Shown: positions 1-8,009, counted from the first letter of the stretch. The stretch: DNA of 64,000 nucleotides from Rhodospirillales bacterium (GCA_028824295.1 JAPPED010000033.1:21224-85223), one strand, 5' to 3'. The notes: a model not told the origin generated them from the letters alone. Numbers and translations are program-made.

Positions 1-1081
1 GTAAAGGCTGCCTGGCTTCCAGCGGTTCCACCAAGGTTGCGTGAATCACGATGGCATCGATCCCGAATCCAGGATCCACGGTTTCGAGTTTGCCTGCGAA
101 CAGGCGCTGGAGATGATCCTTGTCCCGCGTCGGCCGGGAGGCCGCCACGGTGCGTTCGGCCATGCTTCCGTCGATCCCGAAACACCAGAGCGCAAGCCGT
201 CTTGCGCCATGCTGGCCGCGTTTCAGCGCAACCGTGAGCCGGGCCATCATGTTGGCCAGCGCCGTTTCCAATCCCTCTCGGTGCATGACCGGTTCCGCGA
301 AGTCCAGACGCCACCGATAAACCGGTGGCGGGGCCAGGAGGGAGAGATGTTCGTTCCGGTTGCCGAGCACCTGGTCGAGGCGCTGAAGCAGCCCGTTTTC
401 GGCGCCGCAGGGTGGGAATCTGCGCTCCAAGGCTGCGCGTGGCAATCGAGTGATCGCGCCGATGGTGCTTAGCCCCAGGTGACGCAGTGTCAGGGTGTGG
501 CTGCGCGTCACTCCGAGGGCCTCAACGGGCAGGGTCTTCAAGGCTGCCCGGACCTTGCCGGGTTTGACGATGCGTTGGTGCTCAAGGGCAAAGCGAGCCA
601 AGGCTCTGGCGGCACCGGGAGTATCGGCGAGCCCCAGGCGCGTCTCCAGCCCGAGCCTCGTCAGCCGTTTTGAAACCGTTTGCATCATCGCCTGCTCGCC
701 ACCGAACAGATGGGAGCAACCTGTGACATCGAGCAAGAGACCGTCGGCGCCGTCGCATGCGACGCGGGGTGTGAAACGGCCGCACCACAGTCCCAACTGC
801 ACGAGGGCTTGTTGGTCAGCGAGGGGATCCGCCTTTTCGACGGTGATTCCTGCCACCAGGGCACGGGCGTCGACCAGACGCATCCCCGGCATCAGGCCGG
901 TGTGTTCGGCCCGCTCATCGACGGCCGTCAGCACCATTCCGCGTCGACCGGGGGCCGCCAGTACCAGCGGAGGAGAGTTAACTCGCTCGAAGGACTGCGG
1001 GGCGGAATGTATTCCGCTCGTGGATAGCCGTCGCCGGTCGATGGCCCAGCGCGGCAGCCACACAGAAAGCACCCGCTTCAT
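1..1081 (-). CDS. imuB: ImuB, Y-family polymerase-like subunit of the ImuA-ImuB-DnaE2 mutasome (N-terminal ~360 aa; the 3' end lies beyond the left edge)
   Basis: Absent from the ORF track because it runs off the window. My reverse-complement translation from ATG 1081-1079 stays open to position 1. It reads MKRVLSVWLPRWAIDRRRL...LLLDVTGCSHLFGGEQAMM..., a typical ImuB N-terminus. It lies directly downstream of imuA. Confidence 0.85.
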   Translation of the reverse strand, partial: MKRVLSVWLPRWAIDRRRLSTSGIHSAPQSFERVNSPPLVLAAPGRRGMVLTAVDERAEHTGLMPGMRLVDARALVAGITVEKADPLADQQALVQLGLWCGRFTPRVACDGADGLLLDVTGCSHLFGGEQAMMQTVSKRLTRLGLETRLGLADTPGAARALARFALEHQRIVKPGKVRAALKTLPVEALGVTRSHTLTLRHLGLSTIGAITRLPRAALERRFPPCGAENGLLQRLDQVLGNRNEHLSLLAPPPVYRWRLDFAEPVMHREGLETALANMMARLTVALKRGQHGARRLALWCFGIDGSMAERTVAASRPTRDKDHLQRLFAGKLETVDPGFGIDAIVIHATLVEPLEARQPL

Positions 1082-1802
1082 GGTGCCACTCCACATTGCA
1101 CCGCGCTGGGCGACCGCCCCGGCAGCGGACGAGTCCGAGGCGCCACCGGGGCGCTCCGGGAGCGCGGATGTCGAGCGAGTCGTGAGCGGAGGGGAGAGTC
1201 CTGACCAGCCATCGCGTGGCCGCTGCGCTGGTTGGAACGAGTCCATCGTCGCGCAGCAGCAAGGCGGGGGTCATGCTTTCCTGAGCGGCCAGCGACAGCC
1301 GTCGGGTCATGGTGAAACCAATGCTCCTGATTTCGGCGAAAACCGCCGCCAGGGCGCCGGAGCGCAATCCTTCCTCCATGGCCCATAGGACCTCCTTGTC
1401 ATGCCGGGCTCGGACGATCAGCAGTGCGTCCGGATCCCCCCCGAGGTCGCGCCATCCCCAGCCATGTAGACGGCCGGATCGACTTGCATCGCTTTCACAG
1501 ATCAGGACGGTGTCACGTCCGGCCCGGTGCGACAGTCGATGCAGGAGGGCAACGAGAAAGGCTGCAGCCGACGGTCCGTCGGTGCCGGTGGTACCGGATG
1601 CTTCGTGCAAGGCGCCCGGCGTTAGCCCGTTAGGGGGGAGTGCGTCATCCAGCGTCTTGATTCCCGGAAGCCAGGCGGAATCCGGCTCGACAGGTGTGTG
1701 CTTCTTCGGTGGTCCTTCCAGCGCCGTGATCCGTTGCCGTAAGGTTGCCAGTGCGACGAAACGGGAGCTGTTATCCACGACGTGTCCGCCCGTTTCGTTC
1801 AT
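978..1802 (-). CDS. imuA: ImuA, RecA/SulA-like SOS mutagenesis protein
   Basis: 274-aa ORF (MNETGGHVVDNSSRF...GLTPGALHEASG...AAFLVALLHRL...). It sits between a LexA-type box and imuB. Its last ~34 codons overlap the imuB start by 104 nt. Confidence 0.8.
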   Translation of the reverse strand: MNETGGHVVDNSSRFVALATLRQRITALEGPPKKHTPVEPDSAWLPGIKTLDDALPPNGLTPGALHEASGTTGTDGPSAAAFLVALLHRLSHRAGRDTVLICESDASRSGRLHGWGWRDLGGDPDALLIVRARHDKEVLWAMEEGLRSGALAAVFAEIRSIGFTMTRRLSLAAQESMTPALLLRDDGLVPTSAAATRWLVRTLPSAHDSLDIRAPGAPRWRLGLVRCRGGRPARCNVEWHHEAGAFCVAAALGHRPATAIHERNTFRPAVLRAS

Positions 1803-1815
1803 TGGAGACCAGAAT

Positions 1816-1830
1816 GTTCTTTATATGTTC
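1816..1830. promoter_or_regulatory. Candidate LexA (SOS) operator of the direct-repeat type, GTTC-N7-GTTC
   Basis: GTTCtttatatGTTC lies 14-28 nt upstream of the imuA start codon in an AT-rich patch. It matches the alphaproteobacterial-type LexA box as I recall it. Confidence 0.6.
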
Positions 1831-2024
1831 TCTTAATGATATGTCAAGAACTGGATGTCGGATACAGAAGCCGGTCCTGGTCTAGCTTTTTTCGTGGTTT
1901 CTGTGCCCGCAAGGCCCGCTCGCCGGCTGCCCGGATGTTCTGCGGCAGCCAAGACCCCGTGGGGAGCGGGCACGCGTGTCTTGCCGCCATTCGCGGCCGA
2001 AGGATCCGCCAGGCCGCTTCCGCG

Positions 2025-2813
2025 TCACGCCTGGCGCGGATCTGGCTGTGAAGTCGGGCGGGACGTCCAGTGAGACACGACGCGGACCACGACGGCGGAC
2101 ACGGCAAAACAGAGTACGAGGAACGGTCCGGCCGGAAGATCAGCGGCAGCCGATGCCAGGATTCCTGCGATGACCGCCACGCCGCCGCTCAACAGGGCAC
2201 GCAACAAATTGTACGAACCATCCGCCCGTCGCCCGGCCAGCGCCGGCAGAATCAAGCTCGCGAAGACGACGTACACGCCCAACAATTGAACGGATGCGGT
2301 GATCGCAAGTGCAAACAGAAGAAAGAACCCTTGTCCGCTCCGGAGATTCGGGTACCCGAGCCACAGTCCCGCGACCAGCAGATACACCGGCAGGAATGCG
2401 GCCAAATCTGACCATGACGTGAACAGGATCTGCCCTGAGAGCACGTGCTCGAGCTCTTCCCCTCCATGCGGGCTGTTGGCGAGCAGCAGCAGTGTCACCG
2501 ACGCCGCAACGATGAAGCAGCTGCCGATGACCGCCTCCTGCTCGGCGGGCATGATCTTTTCCACCCACCGGAAAAAAAACGCAAACGTCGCCGCCGATCC
2601 GAATGCCGCGACCTGGATTCCGGCCCACGACGGCTCCATTACCCAGACGTTCAGCGCGACGATCGCGACGCCGGCCACCTGTGCCGTGGCAAGATCGATA
2701 AAGACGATTCCCCGCTTCAGGACCTCAATGCCAAGCGGCACGTGCAGCGCCGTACACAGGAGACCGGTCACGAACGCCGGCATGATGATCTCAAGGATCT
2801 CAGTATTGATCAT
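2025..2813 (-). CDS. Metal ABC transporter permease (ABC-3 / ZnuB-TroCD family)
   Basis: Taken from ATG 2813 (MINTEILEIIMPAFVTGLLCTALHVPLGIEVLKRGIVFIDLATAQ...). It gives 262 aa and is strongly hydrophobic and multi-pass. The first 103 aa of track ORF 2025..3122 overlap the upstream binding-protein gene and were dropped. Confidence 0.85.
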   Translation of the reverse strand: MINTEILEIIMPAFVTGLLCTALHVPLGIEVLKRGIVFIDLATAQVAGVAIVALNVWVMEPSWAGIQVAAFGSAATFAFFFRWVEKIMPAEQEAVIGSCFIVAASVTLLLLANSPHGGEELEHVLSGQILFTSWSDLAAFLPVYLLVAGLWLGYPNLRSGQGFFLLFALAITASVQLLGVYVVFASLILPALAGRRADGSYNLLRALLSGGVAVIAGILASAAADLPAGPFLVLCFAVSAVVVRVVSHWTSRPTSQPDPRQA

Positions 2814-3729
2814 GTACTTCTTCCAACAGCGCGAGCGTGACGTCAAAAAGGTCAAACAGGTTATCGACCCCCTCCAAGCCGCCGACGGTGAAGGGTAGCT
2901 CGACAATCGGGATTCCAGCCCTGTTGGAAAGCCACTCCATCCCCTTGGTCGGTTCATACGGGGCGCGGAGAATAGCCCGGGCTCCGGCACTCCGGGCCAG
3001 TTCCAGGACCTCTTGCAGATGGCTGACGGTCGGCGGGACACCGGGGAGGCGTTCGATCGCTGCGGCCTGTCTGATACCGGTCCACTCGTACAGGTAGGCC
3101 CACGATTCGTGGTACGCGACAACGGGCATGCCCGCTAGGCGCGACGACCGTTCCATCCATACTGCCGAGGCGCCCCGCCAACGCTCCTGGAATGCCGACA
3201 ACTGCTGGCGATAGGTTTCGGTGTTCTCCGGATCGATCACGACCAGCCGGCGGGCCAGCTCCGAGGCCATGTAGCCAATGTTCTCCGGCAGGAGTTGCAC
3301 GTGCGGATTCCCCTCCGCGTGCACGTGTCTGGGTCTGCGGTCGACGACGCTCGGAGGATCCAGCAATCGGACATGCTCGCTGGCGATCAGGTGTCCGGGC
3401 TGACCATGCTGGAGGGACGCACTCGCGCCAAGCTGCAGGAGAACAGGGAGCCAACCGTCCTCCAGGCCTGCCCCGGTGCAGAACAGCACATCCGCCCGGC
3501 GCACGTGTTCGATGAGACTGGGGCGCATCCGGATGTAGTGTGGGTCTTGACGGCCATGCGTTCCCGCGTAGACGCTGACCGCATCGCCCCCGATTTCCGA
3601 GGCCAGGGCCGCCCACTCGGGTTCGCAGGCAAAAATCCGCACCTCGGCGACGGCCGGGGATGGTTCGACCATCACCAGCACGGCCAACGGGGCGCCCCAG
3701 ATCGCCCACGCAAGTGGTTTCAGCAACAT
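2800..3729 (-). CDS. Periplasmic metal-binding protein, TroA/ZnuA family (copy 2)
   Basis: ATG 3729 gives MLLKPLAWAIWGAPLAVLVMVEPSPAVA (signal), then AEVRIFACEPEW...QDPHYIR...GNPHVQ.... By eye it is about 50% identical to the copy at 4524..5444. It overlaps the permease start by 14 nt. An alternative start at 3753 is possible. Confidence 0.85.
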   Translation of the reverse strand: MLLKPLAWAIWGAPLAVLVMVEPSPAVAEVRIFACEPEWAALASEIGGDAVSVYAGTHGRQDPHYIRMRPSLIEHVRRADVLFCTGAGLEDGWLPVLLQLGASASLQHGQPGHLIASEHVRLLDPPSVVDRRPRHVHAEGNPHVQLLPENIGYMASELARRLVVIDPENTETYRQQLSAFQERWRGASAVWMERSSRLAGMPVVAYHESWAYLYEWTGIRQAAAIERLPGVPPTVSHLQEVLELARSAGARAILRAPYEPTKGMEWLSNRAGIPIVELPFTVGGLEGVDNLFDLFDVTLALLEEVHDQY

Positions 3730-4442
3730 TGCTCGGCCCCAATTGTTACGCATGGCCGCATACGTTCCCAAACTCATGATGGGCTGCAGGTACACTTGGG
3801 CGTCAGTCTCAACGTGGGTCAGGGATCCCCGGCCGAGCTGCAACGGCGTCCGTCCGAAGCCACTGTTGGCCCGCTCGGCCGTCGGCGTGATGGTGGAAGG
3901 ATAGTGTTCGACCTTGTACTCGTCGCGCATCGCGTCGGTGGCCGAACTGACCGGACTAAGGCGTGTGCGACGGGCACCAATCCGCCGAGCGTGGTTGAAC
4001 GCGTAGGTGTGTGGCAACGTGTCAGCCGGCCCCTGCGCCCTCGACTTCGTGTATGTCCAGTTCTTCTTCGACTGCGCAGTAGTCGTTTCCGATTCGTCAG
4101 AAAACGTCACCCGGCAGGGTGAGCCCCTGTTTGCGGAGAATGCCGGTGGGCGCAAATGCGCCGTGGACATTAAAATCGTGGGAAGGCGTGTCCGCGGAAA
4201 ATGGGCCTTCTGCGAGCCGATCATGATGCTCATGCTCGTCGTCATCGGCATGGTCATCCCGTGGTCGTCGCCACTCCTGCGCCCGGCAGTGATCCGCTCG
4301 ATCCATACGCACTGATCGGAACCGACGGGTTGCGGCTGAATTCACCCGCAAGGCCGACGTTGCCGAGAACGCGCCAACAACGTTGCCGGAAGCGGGGAAG
4401 GGAACGTCGTCCCGGAAAAGCCCCACTCCGGCTTCCGCGCAC
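3730..4442 (-). pseudogene. Decayed, N-terminally truncated copy of the His/Asp-rich outer-membrane barrel gene (paralog of 5456..7114)
   Basis: Similarity to residues ~320-552 of the intact protein is spread over three reading frames. GLFRDDVPFPASGN matches GLFRGDDVPFAGSANG. WRVLGNVGLAGEFSRN..ISAY matches WSVFGRMGGDFGRNGAWRIGAY. DDHADDDEHEHH..VHGAFAPTG..LTLPGDVF matches the HD repeat ..VDARVTWAPTGN..ILQGEVFW. RRIGARRTRLSP matches FRIGARYARLTP. VYLQPIMSLGTYAA matches ILLQYIMSLGAHAA. The terminal Phe and stop codon are lost, so the frame runs into the binding-protein ORF. Confidence 0.65.
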
Positions 4443-4523
4443 GAAGCGATCAGAAACGCGGACGCAAACTCGAGTCTGGTATCGCTATCGGGTTTGTCGC
4501 TGAAGCCCCGGTACCGAAGCAGA

Positions 4524-5444
4524 CTAGTCGGGAATGGCCTCCAGCCGGGTCAGGATCTCGGAGAAGTACGAAAAGAGGTCCGTGACCTCGGGGAAGGAAC
4601 CCACCGTGGAGGGCAGCTCCACGAGCGGGAGGCCACTTCGCTCCGACAGCCATTCCGCGGCGTCGGTGGGCTCGTAATTAGCACGAACGATGGCCTTGAC
4701 TTCCGTCGAACGGGAATGTTGGAGCACTTCCTGAAGGTATGGAGCGGACGGCGGGATGCCGGGCACGCGCTCCATGGAGGTGACCTTTTCCAAGCCCAAC
4801 CAGTTGAAAAGGTAGGCCCAGAAGGCGTGCTGAACGATCAGCGGGGTGCCACGGAGCGCTTCCGCGCGGGGCTCCCATTGCGCCATTGCGTTGTCCCAGC
4901 GGGCATGGAAGTCCGCCAGCCGGGACTGGTAGGCATCGGCACGATCAGGATCGATTGCGCCGAGGCGTGCGGCGACCTCGCTGGCAAGCACCGTGATGTT
5001 GCGGGGGTCAGCGTGGACGTGCGGATTGCCGCTTGCATGGACGTCACCCATGCTGCGGTCGATGACCGTGGGACGTTCCAGGACCTCCACGTGTTCGGCC
5101 GCCATCAGGTGGCCCGGCTGTCCCGGCTGGATGCCCAGTCGTCCGCCCCGTTGCATCAGGACCGGGAGCCAGCCGACCTCAAGCTCGGCCCCGGAGCAGA
5201 ACAGGAGGTCCGCCCGGCGGATCTGGGCGATCAGGCTCGGCCGGGCGCGGATGTGATGGGGGTCCTGCCCGCCGTGCGTCGCGGAGTACACGGTCACGTC
5301 ACTGCCGCCCACTTCCTGGGCAAGGGAAGCCCACTCGGGTTCGCAGGCGAATACCCGCACCTCCGCCGAGGCCGGGAGCGTGGACAGGGCTGCCGCTGCC
5401 GCCAGGCAGCCCGCCACCAGGGTGCGTGTAAGGAAACGATGCAT
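4524..5444 (-). CDS. Periplasmic metal-binding protein, TroA/ZnuA family (copy 1)
   Basis: 306 aa. Signal peptide MHRFLTRTLVAGCLAAAAALSTLPASA. Motifs ACEPEW, QDPHHIR and SGNPHVH are typical of cluster-9 metal-binding proteins. GGAGGG lies upstream of the ATG. Confidence 0.9.
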   Translation of the reverse strand: MHRFLTRTLVAGCLAAAAALSTLPASAEVRVFACEPEWASLAQEVGGSDVTVYSATHGGQDPHHIRARPSLIAQIRRADLLFCSGAELEVGWLPVLMQRGGRLGIQPGQPGHLMAAEHVEVLERPTVIDRSMGDVHASGNPHVHADPRNITVLASEVAARLGAIDPDRADAYQSRLADFHARWDNAMAQWEPRAEALRGTPLIVQHAFWAYLFNWLGLEKVTSMERVPGIPPSAPYLQEVLQHSRSTEVKAIVRANYEPTDAAEWLSERSGLPLVELPSTVGSFPEVTDLFSYFSEILTRLEAIPD

Positions 5445-5455
5445 CGCGCCCTCCG

Positions 5456-7114
5456 TCAGAACGTGTGGGCCGCGTGGGCGCCGAGGCTCATGATGTACTG
5501 CAGCAGGATCTGGTCATCCTGCTCGACGAATACTGGGGCATCTTCGCCGTGCGCGTCCAACCTGCCATGGACGAAATTCTGGACTTCCTCGCGGTTGTAC
5601 TGCAGCCGAATGCGGCTGAACTCGCTGTTGGTCCAGTCCGCCATGACCGCGTAGCCAACGGAGTCGTCGAGTGCAGGAGTGACAAGGTCATGTTCGCAAT
5701 GGTCGCCGTGCAGCACGCACCCAGGGATGTCCGGTGGGGTCAGCCGCGCGTAGCGGGCACCAATCCTGAAGTTGCGATTGAGTTTGTAGATGCCCTGCAC
5801 GTAGAACCCCATGGCGGTCGAATCGGTGAATGTCGGGGTGTCGTACTCGCCAGGAAGGCTGTAGTAGCCGTCCTCTACCCGCCAGAACACCTCGCCCTGA
5901 AGGATCACCTCCTGTTCGCGGGGATTGCCCGTGGGCGCCCAGGTCACACGGGCGTCGACGGCATACATGGTCGCGTCGCCCGAAAACTCGCCGTCGGTGA
6001 ACGCGTCGATATTTGCCCACGCCGCGAGACCTTCGTCTTCAGCGTGGTCGTCGTGATCGTCGTCGTGCGCGTCATGGTCGTCGTCATGCGCGTCGTGGTC
6101 ATCATCGTGTGCGGCGTGATCGTCATCATGCGCGTCGTGGTCGTCGTCGTGTGCGGCGTGATCGTCATCATGCGCGTCGTGGTCGTCGTCGTGCGCATCG
6201 TGGCCGTGTTCGTCTTCCTCCCCGCCATGCGCGTGGTCGTGGCCGCCAGCGCGGTTGTGAGCTTCGCCTGCCATCATGTAGGCGCCGATGCGCCACGCAC
6301 CGTTGCGGCCGAAGTCACCGCCCATCCGCCCAAAGACAGACCAGGCATTGCGGCCGTTCGCCGAACCTGCGAAGGGGACGTCGTCGCCGCGGAACAACCC
6401 GCCGCCGACCTCGGCGTAGATGTCGGTCGGCAGGACGTAGGAGAGCTCAAGGCCGTCGTCGTTGAACGAGTGGTCAAGGAAGGCCCGGTAGGGGATGGGA
6501 CGGTCGGAGAAATCGTCGGCGTGCAAATGGATCTCGTTGAGGTACCCGAAGGTCCACAGCGCCCGCCCGGCCTTGATTCGTGCCCCGTCCGGCAGACCGG
6601 CGCCCGGCAGCGTCTGGATGTAGAACTCCTCCACCTCCAGTTCGACCGACTCGCCCGGAGGGACTTCCAACGCGATCGTCGCGGCCCCGAAGAACTTGTC
6701 GTCCACATTCCCGGTCAGCGTGAATTCGGGGTGGCCCAGCGAGAAACCTTCGACAGGACGTTCGGCACCGTGTCCCACCTGGAATCCGGCAGGCGCGAAG
6801 GCCTCAGATTGGGTCGAGTACCGGGGATCCAGGACCATGCCGATCGCGGGATTGAAGACATTGTCCGTGGTGAATGCCTTGCGCCCCATCGGGGAGACCG
6901 CTGGCTGTGCGGGCTGGGCCGGGGTAGTCGTCATGGCCTCGAGCTGCCCTTCCAGGGCCTGGATGCGGGCCTCGTATTCCTGCTTGATGGCCTGGATCTC
7001 GGCAGCGAGTTCCTCTGCCGTCGGTGCCGAATCCTGGGCGTGCGCCTGAAGCGCGATGCAGACCATGATGGACGAGAGGCCTGCTGTCCACAGAGCCTGG
7101 ACGATGGTGCGCAT
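5456..7114 (-). CDS. Putative outer-membrane beta-barrel (porin-like) with an N-terminal coiled coil and a His/Asp-rich repeat loop
   Basis: Trimmed to ATG 7114. Signal peptide MRTIVQALWTAGLSSIMVCIALQAHA, then a heptad-like segment AEELAAEIQAIKQEYEARIQALEGQLEAM. An NVFNPAIGMVLD motif and alternating beta-strand-like sequence follow, and the protein ends ...SLGAHAAHTF. An internal ~70-aa run reads HDHAHGGEEDEHGHDAHDDDHDAHDDDHAAHDDD.... Confidence 0.75.
   Translation of the reverse strand: MRTIVQALWTAGLSSIMVCIALQAHAQDSAPTAEELAAEIQAIKQEYEARIQALEGQLEAMTTTPAQPAQPAVSPMGRKAFTTDNVFNPAIGMVLDPRYSTQSEAFAPAGFQVGHGAERPVEGFSLGHPEFTLTGNVDDKFFGAATIALEVPPGESVELEVEEFYIQTLPGAGLPDGARIKAGRALWTFGYLNEIHLHADDFSDRPIPYRAFLDHSFNDDGLELSYVLPTDIYAEVGGGLFRGDDVPFAGSANGRNAWSVFGRMGGDFGRNGAWRIGAYMMAGEAHNRAGGHDHAHGGEEDEHGHDAHDDDHDAHDDDHAAHDDDHDAHDDDHAAHDDDHDAHDDDHDAHDDDHDDHAEDEGLAAWANIDAFTDGEFSGDATMYAVDARVTWAPTGNPREQEVILQGEVFWRVEDGYYSLPGEYDTPTFTDSTAMGFYVQGIYKLNRNFRIGARYARLTPPDIPGCVLHGDHCEHDLVTPALDDSVGYAVMADWTNSEFSRIRLQYNREEVQNFVHGRLDAHGEDAPVFVEQDDQILLQYIMSLGAHAAHTF
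6044..6214. repeat. In-frame tandem repeat (42-bp unit, 21-bp sub-periodicity) encoding (HDAHDDD)n
   Basis: GTGTGCGGCGTGATCGTCATCATGCGCGTCGTGGTCGTCGTC occurs twice perfectly in tandem (6107-6148 and 6149-6190). It is flanked by degenerate copies at 6065-6106 and from 6191. Confidence 0.85.
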
Positions 7115-7226
7115 GTCGAAAGCCTTTTCCTGTTCCGAGCGAGAGTTGGGCGTCGGTTTCCTCGTCCCGCACAACAGATGTGCCGTTTGAAAGGTCTCCG
7201 GGCGGACTCCCGGAGCGGATGAAACC

Positions 7227-7253
7227 TTATAACAGCTGTTACATAGTAACAAC
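7227..7253. promoter_or_regulatory. Candidate Zur/Fur-family operator (two overlapping palindromes)
   Basis: The site TTATAACAGCTGTTACATAGTAACAAC contains two palindromes, TAACAGCTGTTA and TGTTAC-ATA-GTAACA (7237-7251). The second matches 12/15 positions of the TGTTATAWTATAACA Zur core as I recall it. It lies 113-140 nt upstream of the barrel gene start. Confidence 0.4.
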
Positions 7254-7380
7254 CGTTGCCCTGCCTCGAGTACCGGAAGGTGACCCCTGCGGGCCGCGCA
7301 CGGAATCATTCTCACCTGCTCCGCACGTATCGTGCTCGCGGTCGGTGCGAGCACCAGTTGCCCGGCTCGCAGGTCTCAGG

Positions 7381-7695
7381 TCAGGCGGACATCGGAGGAG
7401 CGCGGATGCGGTTTGCTCGCAGTGTGCGAGTCGCGACCGGAAGCGAGGTGGTCGTGGTTGGCGGCTCGAGAAAGCTGAGTGCGCGATCCTGCAGAGTAAT
7501 AGGGAGAAGAGAAATCTCTGCAGAAACAAGCGGGAACTCGCATGGCCCTTGCTCATCGTGCGAATGCTCGTCGTGGCCGAACTCCACCGCATGGTGGCTG
7601 GCGGCGACTTGCGCAACCAGTAGACCGACAGCGAGCGGGACGCAGAGGCAGCTTCGGGTCAGGGACGTGATCCTGTGACCAGCGTAGCGAGCCAT
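7381..7695 (-). CDS. Hypothetical small secreted His-rich protein
   Basis: 104-aa ORF with a signal-like LCVPLAVGLLVAQVAAS followed by HHAVEFGHDEHSHDEQ. It is on the same strand and upstream of the metal locus. Codon bias weakens in the second half. Confidence 0.3.
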   Translation of the reverse strand: MARYAGHRITSLTRSCLCVPLAVGLLVAQVAASHHAVEFGHDEHSHDEQGPCEFPLVSAEISLLPITLQDRALSFLEPPTTTTSLPVATRTLRANRIRAPPMSA

Positions 7696-8009
7696 TTCGT
7701 CAGACTACATGACCTGTCCAGCCCCCAGCTAGCGGGCTGGCGTGAAGGATCCAGTCGCACCGGCAAGCCTGTTTCCTGACGGCCGCGCCGGGCCCACAAC
7801 CAGAGCGGTGGCTCGTGTTCCGACCCGCCCGATGCTCAGTTTTCCGATGCGGTGTGTGCGCCCTGCGCACTGCTAGCTTCGGATCCACGAAAGCAGGAAT
7901 CCGCATAGATTCCGTGATTTCAATCGTGCTTGCTATCGGCGGCCGGCGGAGCGCCAGCATTGCGGACGGTGGTCGGCCAAGTACACTGGCTTGACGAGGA
8001 GGATTGCGA

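Noticed and set aside
2800-4257. A single 485-aa protein (barrel C-terminus fused to the binding protein), as listed in the ORF track
   Set aside because: The upstream 176 aa are only one of three frames carrying decayed similarity to the barrel gene. A normal signal peptide and start (ATG 3729) precede the binding-protein domain. The fusion is therefore a by-product of pseudogene decay, not a real multidomain protein.
6013-6465. Arg-rich 150-aa ORF, and Thr-rich ORF 5944..6228, in the repeat region; also considered whether the repeats could be a CRISPR array
   Set aside because: Both are alternative-frame readings of the HD-repeat DNA. The repeats are contiguous, without spacers, and in frame inside a CDS, so this is not a CRISPR array.
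5465-7222. 585-aa plus-strand ORF covering the whole outer-membrane protein gene
   Set aside because: It is antisense to a gene with a clear signal peptide, barrel features and operon context. Its composition (V/R/G-rich, VVVVIV runs mirroring the HD repeat) is typical of a high-GC shadow ORF.
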